Positions 54,201 to 63,200 of a stretch of 64,000 bases of DNA are shown piece after piece (the first letter of the stretch is position 1; every line of letters starts with the position of its first letter). The notes beneath the pieces were generated by a model, which saw nothing but the letters and a program-made list of their open reading frames with translations, had not been told where the DNA came from and searched no databases. The stretch comes from Pecten maximus (lineage: Eukaryota), in NCBI RefSeq assembly GCF_902652985.1, contig NC_047024.1, positions 29,450,001-29,514,000 on the forward strand, read 5' to 3'. The position numbers and the translations under genes were made by a program.

Positions 54201-57200
54201 GGGCTTTACCAAACAGTCAACTGTTCTTCCTGATCAAATTTATACAATATCAAGTGTTAAGTATGTATGGTACTCCTTATAACGGCCATTCTTAGTCAAG
54301 TTTATACAATATCAAGTGTTAAGTATGTATGGTACTTCTACTCCCTATAACGGCTATTCCTGGTCAAATTTATACAATATCAAGTGTTAAGTATGTATGG
54401 TACTCCTTATAACGGCCATTCTTAGTCAAGTTTATACAATATCGAGTACTTAGTATGTATGGTACTTCTACTCCCTATAACAGCTATTCCTGGTCAAATT
54501 TATACAATATCAAGTGTTAAGTATGTATGGTACTTCTACTCCCTATAACAGCTATTCCTGATCAAATGTATACAATATCAAGTGTTAAGTATGTATGGTA
54601 CTTCTACTCCCTATAACAGCTATTCCTGGTCAAATTTATACAATATCAAGTGTTAAGTATGTATAGTACTCCTTATAACTGCCATTCTTAGTCAAGTTTA
54701 TACAATATCGAGTACTTAGTATGTATGGTACTTCTACTCCCTATAACAGCTATTCCTGATCAAATTTATACAATATCAAGTGTTAAGTATGTATAGTACT
54801 CCTTATAACTGCCATTCTTAGTCAAGTTTATACAATATCGAGTACTTAGTATGTATGGTACTTCTACTCCCTATAACAGCTATTCCTGATCAAATTTATA
54901 CAATATCAAGTGTTAAGTATGTATAGTACTCCTTATAACTGCCATTCTTAGTCAAGTTTATACAATATCGAGTACTTAGTATGTATGGTACTTCTACTCC
55001 CTATAACAGCTATTCCTGGTCAAATTTATACAATATCAAGTGTTAAGTATGTATGGTACTTCTACTCCCTATAACAGCTATTCCTGATCAAATTTATACA
55101 ATATCAAGTGTTAAGTATGTATAGTACTCCTTATAACTGCCATTCTTAGTCAAGTTTATACAATATCAAGTGTTAAGTATGTATAGTACTCCTTATAACG
55201 GCCATTCTTAGTCAAGTTTATACAATATCGAGTACTTAGTATGTATGGTACTTCTACTCCCTATAACAGCTATTCCTTATCAAATTTATACAATATCAAG
55301 TGTTAAGTATGTATAGTACTCCTTATAACTGCCATTCTTAGTCAAGTTTATACAATATCGAGTACTTAGTATGTATGGTACTTCTACTCCCTATAACGGC
55401 TATTCCTTATCAAATTTATACAATATCAAGTGTTAAGTATGTATGGTACTCCTTATAACTGCCATTCTTAGTCAAGTTTATACAATATCGAGTACTTAGT
55501 ATGTATGGTACTTCTACTCCCTATAACGGCTATTCCTGGTCAAATTTATACAATATCAAGTGTTAAGTATGTCTGGTACTTCTACTCCCTATAACAGCTA
55601 TTCCTGATCAAATTTATACAATATCAAGTGTTAAGTATGTATAGTACTCCTTATAACTGCCATTCTTAGTCAAGTTTATACAATATCAAGTGTTAAGTAT
55701 GTATGGTACTTCTACTCCCTATAACAGCTATTCCTGGTCCAGTTTATACAATATCAAGTGTTAAGTATGTATGGTACTCCTTATAACTGCCATTCTTAGT
55801 CAAGTTTATACAATATCGAGTACTTAGTATGTATGGTACTTCTACTCCCTATAACGGCTATTCCTGGTCAAATTTATACAATATCAAGTGTTAAGTATGT
55901 CTGGTACTTCTACTCCCTATAACAGCTATTCCTGATCAAATTTATACAATATCAAGTGTTAAGTATGTATAGTACTCCTTATAACTGCCATTCTTAGTCA
56001 AGTTTATACAATATCAAGTGTTAAGTATGTATGGTACTTCTACTCCCTATAACAGCTATTCCTGGTCAAATTTATACAATATCAAGTGTTAAGTATGTAT
56101 GGTACTTCTACTCCCTATAACAGCTATTCCTGGTCCAGTTTATATAATATTGAATACTTTGTATGGTATTTTTCTCTCAATAAATGCTCTTCTTGGTCGA
56201 GTTTATAATCCAATATTGAGTTCTTAGCATATATTTTATTTCCACTCCCTATAATAACTTATAATACATACAGACATCTTTGTGTACACAAGGTAATAAC
56301 ATCACACTGCAGACTTACCTCTTCTAGCTACAAATTACAGAAAGTCACACTAGAAAACCAGTACTTAATTAAAATCTCCATACTGGGCCAGATACTGTAG
56401 TTAGAAATAACACCTTACAGGTAATACTGAAACTACACACAGATGTATCAATCCTATGACAGCAAATGTAACTTCAGATCTGAGAAAGACTTTTATAACA
56501 ATGATGTACCAGTCATTCAAATTCAGATAAAAACTAGCCCAACATTAGATAGATCAGTAAAACCCACAACCAAAATTATATAATGCTGGCATTAAAAAGT
56601 GGCAAAAATTAGTCTATAAATCACAGCAAAGTCATTACAAAACCGTTAAAATATTTGTATTCATTCTCATTATCACAGTTGAAAGGGAAATAACTACAAT
56701 AATTCATTCTGCTTTCAGCATGTTTATTTCGTATAATTTTATTAATTTTAAAATCAAACATTTTTACATTTTTTTTCTTTTTTTTTCTAAGCTACATTCA
56801 CTTTGTGATAAAACTATGTTGCTTTTGGATGACATTTTCAGAAAAGCTTTAAATACAATCTGGTTGTCCATTTCAACCTGAACATAAAATAGTAATTAGA
56901 TTAAGCATACTATGAAGATAGGTCATTACCTCCTCCTGTTTCCTCTTTAGAACGACCTCTCGATGCTTGCTTGCTTTCTCCAGCGTTCGAATAATGTTCT
57001 CTTTTTTGAGCTGTTCCTTTCTCAGCTGTGTAACTTCTTTGTTCCTTCGTAATTCTGTCTGTCGAGATTTCCCAGCTTCCTCTTTCACTTGTTTCATGAG
57101 ACGCACCTACAAAGAGGAGACAACTTATGTAAGGACAGACAACTCTTACTCAAATCAGAACCTGTTGTAAGAGGTTAGGTGAAATTTTACATATAAAACT

Positions 57201-60200
57201 ATTGGAACCTTTTCCCCATGATATTTTTAAACAATTATTTAAGAAACATTGAATGCCAGAGCACAGTTAAAGTATCACTAAAGTTCCAAGTTGAATCCTT
57301 TCTTTATTACATATAACATTTATTTAATGAATTATGATTATTATGACTAAACTAATAGCAGTTTTATAAAACTGAGTATTTCATTGACTCAGGCTACATA
57401 TTACCCTACAACTCTAAAATTCACACCTTTGTCTTTTTCATTTCACCGAGTTCATGCTGGAGAGTTTTCAACTGTTTTTCGTAATGAGACTGGTTTTTGA
57501 CAAGTTTGGCATGGTCCTTTTTAGCAGCCTGCATCTTCTTCAGGTCTGTCTGGAGGACCGATAATTTCTTCTCAAAATCCATTTTTACTTTCTTCACTTG
57601 ATCATGGTTGCTTGTCGAAACTTGATCTGCAAGAAAAAACACACATACTGAGCATTACTGAAGTCATACATTACTGGCCCTGGAACATATTGAGCATTAC
57701 TGAAGCCATACATTACTGGCCCTGGATTAGCTATTATGGTCCTTTACAAATGCCAGAAATTTGATCCAAATCCCTTCAGGAATGACGCCTCTATAGCACT
57801 GACAATGACCTTCTAAAAATAGTAACAGTCACCTTGACTTTGACCCAACAACCCTAAAAATCAACCTCGTCCGAGATATTATGGTCCTTTATCATTTATT
57901 AGTTTGAACAAAATCATTCAAGGAATGAAGCCGCTAAAGTGCTGCCAAACTTTGGTTTTACATACATATGTACAAGATAGAGAGGAAAACTTAGTCCTCC
58001 CAGTTTCGCTGGTACGGGACTATTAAGTACCGCAAAAACTCATGTAATTTGCGCAGGTACTTTTTGGGGCTGAAAATGCTGGAAAAAAAACTTCAATCCG
58101 TCTATTTTACGCATGAAAAATTTTGACCAAATACGATGTCCAGGAGGTCCCGAAAACGATGTATGAAAATGACACTAACACAGATTAGTACAAAACTTTG
58201 CTTAAAATCATTCTAATATATACTTGGTGATTATAATAATATGATTATTTTGTATTTGTAATGAGGAAATAGCTAAATTGGGTCTTGTTTATTTTCTTTA
58301 AATCGACCGTAAGAGGAAAAGCTAACTTACGTACGGTAACCACCGTGCACACTGCATTATGAACATTTATCACCTCAAACTTACACACACCTTCAAAGTA
58401 AAGTAAATTTAAGTAATCACTTTTGCATGTATATCTCCATAAGTGTCTAATTAATCTAATTATCTAGCCCAATATAAAAGCTTAATGTGGTAATTGACGA
58501 CAGAAATAATGTCCGCTTGAATGTGGGTGTTAACGTATGTATGACTGCTACTGTAGCTGTTGGTAACTGACCTTGTGGCTGGTATACTAATTATATCATC
58601 ATTGATTGTTCTAAAATATGGGTACTGGTCGTGTTGATATTATTTCAGTGCTCCCACAATTTACAAGACTCTCCCAAATAAAATGTGTAGATCGGCCGGG
58701 TCCCGGTTATCAAAGTGACCACATGTGATCATCCTACAGTTTGCTCAGTGTTTAGTGTAAATATGCAAGGTACAGCCAGTTTTATTGTCAAATAATGGTA
58801 AATGAATACATATATAGGACTTTATATAAGCAGTTTTGAGAATTGACGATTTTTTTTCTGTAAAAACAAACTTGAAAACGTCTCTACCTGTATAATTTGC
58901 GCACCCCCAACTTTAAACTTTATTTCAGTACAAAAAAACTGCGCAAATTACACGAGTTTTTACAGTAATTTCAGCAGAGCATGCCCCAACTGATCCTTTT
59001 CCTTTCATTGTTTATTTGTGATCTAAACAGTACTAACTCGTAATTTACACATTTTTGGGGTAAACATTTGTTGTCCTGGGGATACTTAGATTATATTTGC
59101 ACTAAGACCCTCCAGTGTTTTTTCTTCTCTGTATTGGTTTTTGCCTCTATGACAGTTTACAAAGAGTCCAACGTGACTCCTGGTTATCATGATATTTTTT
59201 TGTCCAGAATTATTTATATAAGCAGTAATCCCAAGTATGTGGCCATATTTGACATGTACCTGGACAATTAATCAGCATCCCTAATTAACAGAAGTAGCAA
59301 GGCCCAAGCCGAGATCACCAATACAACCTGTGTGTAAAAAGTTTTTACGGTAATACATTTTACTCACTAATATTAGCCAGGACTTTGTCACGCTCCTGTT
59401 CTGTGGCCTTGATTTTATGCTGTAACAGTATGACTTTTTCCTCGTACTGGGTTTTCATGGAATGTAGTCGACGCTGACTCTGCTCAAGCTCCTCCACAAG
59501 CTTTTGTTTGATGGAGATTTCACAAGTCAATTCCGCTAAATCTTCATGAATATTATCAGAGTCTGAAAAATAAATCAAAATATTTTGCTAGAATTTTTCA
59601 AGATATCTTTATGCCTGTACAATATTACATATGTATTTAAATGGCAAATATTCCAAATGTTTATATATCATCTAAGAAATACAATTGTATTGATTCTTAC
59701 TTACAATATACAACATACAAGACATCTTTCATAAACACATTTCCTTAAATACAGTATAGTTAATCTTATATATTTCATAATATATAGTTTCAATCATTAT
59801 CGCTTTGAAAAGTCATTAATTGATTGTCACATTATCCAAAATCACTTAATTTTCTATAAAGAAGATACAAGTTCATCTATTTTTCAAAACCACATGCATT
59901 CAAAAATCTGCCTTTCAAAATAAGAGCTCTACATGTGATGTACTGATGGAAGGACAGGGTGATGAGTTTTTTTTGATGAAGTTGAAAATGATGAGAGAAA
60001 GGAAACTTCTATAATTGAAAAGTATCATGTCAATTTAAAACCAAAACCCATATAATCTGTTTTCATGCAGAAGAGTAAAAAAGATCAAATGAATCTTGAT
60101 ACTGAACCCAGTGATATGACTTAAATCGCAGCCATTACAAATGAGACAATTCAGAATACAGTATTGGATGATCACTTCTTTTCCAAGAATGATGAATACT

Positions 60201-63200
60201 TAAATTGCCCGAGTATATATTTGGAAATCTTTATTGATACTTTTTCATTACAAAATAAATTCAGTAATTTTTGCAACATACTAAAAATTGTTTAAGCATG
60301 GAAAATGTTTTCAAGCCCAAAATTATAAGCAACACAACCAATCACTTTACACAGATGATTGTGGCATGGAAAATTCTTGCTTCATATGCATGTAATAAAA
60401 TTCATACAAGGCAATGTCTACATTTCATATACATGTATTATGAACCTGTTAAAAGAACCCTTGAAGATACATATGTATAAGCTAAATTTTACTAGAATTG
60501 ATAGTTTGCTTTTCTTCATACAGAAAACTAAGGAGCTGTTTTTCTTAAACATTTACAATGCACACAGAAACCATCTTTTTGTTTGGGCTGTGAAACATTC
60601 ATCTTTTTGGTGTCAATGTTCAACCTGTTGACCATTTCAAAGACTGAATCACTTTTTTTGGAAAGGAAAAGGTATTTAAATCAGAAGGAACTACATCTAC
60701 AGTGATTTTAGGTTAGACAACATGTAAATTTCAAGATGTTTTTACAAGTAGAACTTGACATATCTATGGTTTATAAAAGAACAATGATATACCTTATGGA
60801 AAAACTAGGGAAACAGCTACAGATAGGACTTACAAAGACGGTCACTAATTGATATACTAGAAAGTTTGAATGATAGGATGATTCACAGACAAGAAATCAT
60901 AAAAACAAAAGAGTATTTGCTAAGGATGAGAGATAAATTGTCAACAACATAAAACTAAAAATCACAATTTTTTTCGTATCACAAAAATGCACAACAGACA
61001 ACCGTAATGAGGTGATATGAGCCAGGAGTGACGCTGTACCTGCCCATTCTAACCAATAATCCAGGAACAGTTGCACTAGACAAACAAGATACAACAGATT
61101 AATTTACAACATCTGGGATCTCTTGTTTTATCATATTGACTCTCGTATTAATGTATAACATCTCGGATCTCTCATTTTATCATATTGACTCTCGTATTAA
61201 TGTACAACATCTGGGATCTCACACTCGTCTTATCATATTGACTCTTATATTTATTATGACAGATTCATAAATATTACGCTGATCACAAATCAATAATATA
61301 TCAATCCTATTTAGAATTTTGCATCAGTTCTGGCTAATTTCACTGCTATTCCATTAAAATATTGAAAATATTACAATACCTTTTAAATTTTATACAGCTT
61401 TCCTTTAAACCAGTTCTATTTGAAAGTCATATCAGTCTGTTTACCCACTTCAGGTACCGGTAAATCTTACTTGTGTCTTTCAAGACATCATTATGTTAAG
61501 CTTAAGAGAATATCCATTAGATTTTAAAATTATTGTTACCTAAAACTTTCCTCTGTCTCATTTATCTTAATGTTTTATTATTACACTAGTTTTATTTGTT
61601 ATGAGTGTGTCTAAACAATAATTCCAAGTTTCATGTATATACATGTTAATATATTTCAAATTATGAGAAATAAATATCAATATCCTTTAACAGGCTGTAG
61701 TTCATGACCATTCTTGAGCTTTAGATAAGACTCTTCTTCATCTTCAACAACACTTACCCAATAAAATAAGTTTATAATGTAAGTTTGGAATATCTAGTGT
61801 TGAAACTGAAGCCATGACTCTATCTAAAAAAAGTGTCTGAAGCCATTAAAAATTCACAATCGTGATTCTTTTAATTACCGTATTTACAAATCACTTTATC
61901 TCCAAATATACTCTTTAACATTCTATAAATAATGTCATTATTCAACTTTTACAGATACAAGTTCATTTTTCCATGAGATGAATGGATCATACATAAACAG
62001 CAATCTAAAGTCTTAATGACTATAATTGTGAGGGTTAATCCTCTCCTGTTAGACTGAGTATAGCATTAGTTAATGTATAGTACCTTTGTCTTCGTCCTCT
62101 GATTCCTCTTCTTCCTCTTCCTCAGAAGAATTAACAAGGTCCTCTAACTCCTCCTCGAGGTCATCTTCCAAAATCTGTAAAATTGCACATTTATCATACT
62201 ATGCAGTATAACAGACCATTAATGTTATACTGAAAAGTTTCTTATATCATCAATATCTGTATGTACCAAATTTTATAGGCAAGATTTCAAATACACTACA
62301 GAAGTAATTAATTCAATGTCCATCATATTATTAATTTGACAAATAAGATTGAAATGACATCACATTGCAATGCGCTATGCTGTTTTTGTCCTCAAAATAA
62401 ATCACCTTTCACCCTATTAATCTCAGAGCAAAAAGACCACTCACTCCCTGCCTGATAAGCAACACAAATTCAATCACTTTAAAATGTCAAGTTTGATATT
62501 ACTTCACAGACACCATACAGGTAGTGCCAACTAAACAGATTTTTACCTCGCCATTCTGTTCTCCCTCCTCTTCCTTGCCCTGTTCCTTCTCTTTGTCATC
62601 TTTGTTCTCCTCCCCTTCCTCATCTACTTTGGACTCAGAATTATTCTGTTCTTTCTCATCCTCACTGATGTTCTCCTTATCGCTACTGCAAAACAAGGGA
62701 GATAATTCAGAAATTAAGGGGACATAACTAGCTGCCACCTAAAGACAAATGAAGGGCTACCCAGATAATATAAGTACTTTTTTGTTTGAAACATTTGTGA
62801 CATGAAAACGATATAACATGGTGAGGGCAAAAAATAAGCATGATTATTACAAAATGGAATTCTTCAAAAGAAAACTTCAAGCATAATACAGATCCAAACC
62901 TGTTGTTATTTCTCTGTTTAATTTCAAGATCTGTTCCCTGTATGTTTGAACGGGTTGTCATAAACAGCCAACAGGGAGAAATAAAGGTGGTCATATAATT
63001 GACATTGTAAAACTGTCATATTGATTTAATTTTCAGAAATTATCAAGGGAACATTGGTTAATAAGTTTGACACTGACATCCATAATTTCCTCTCCATAAT
63101 AAGTATGCATAAAAACTAATTTCTCTTTACCTGTGGCTATGCCGAGTCTTGACCTTTCGTGCTTTGCGGAGTTGTTTGATGTCTTTTTTGGCTTCCTCTA

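Noticed and set aside
61758-61793. Possible 36-nt phase-1 cassette ([11 protein letters not shown])
   Set aside because: Intron-like AT content and a weak acceptor.
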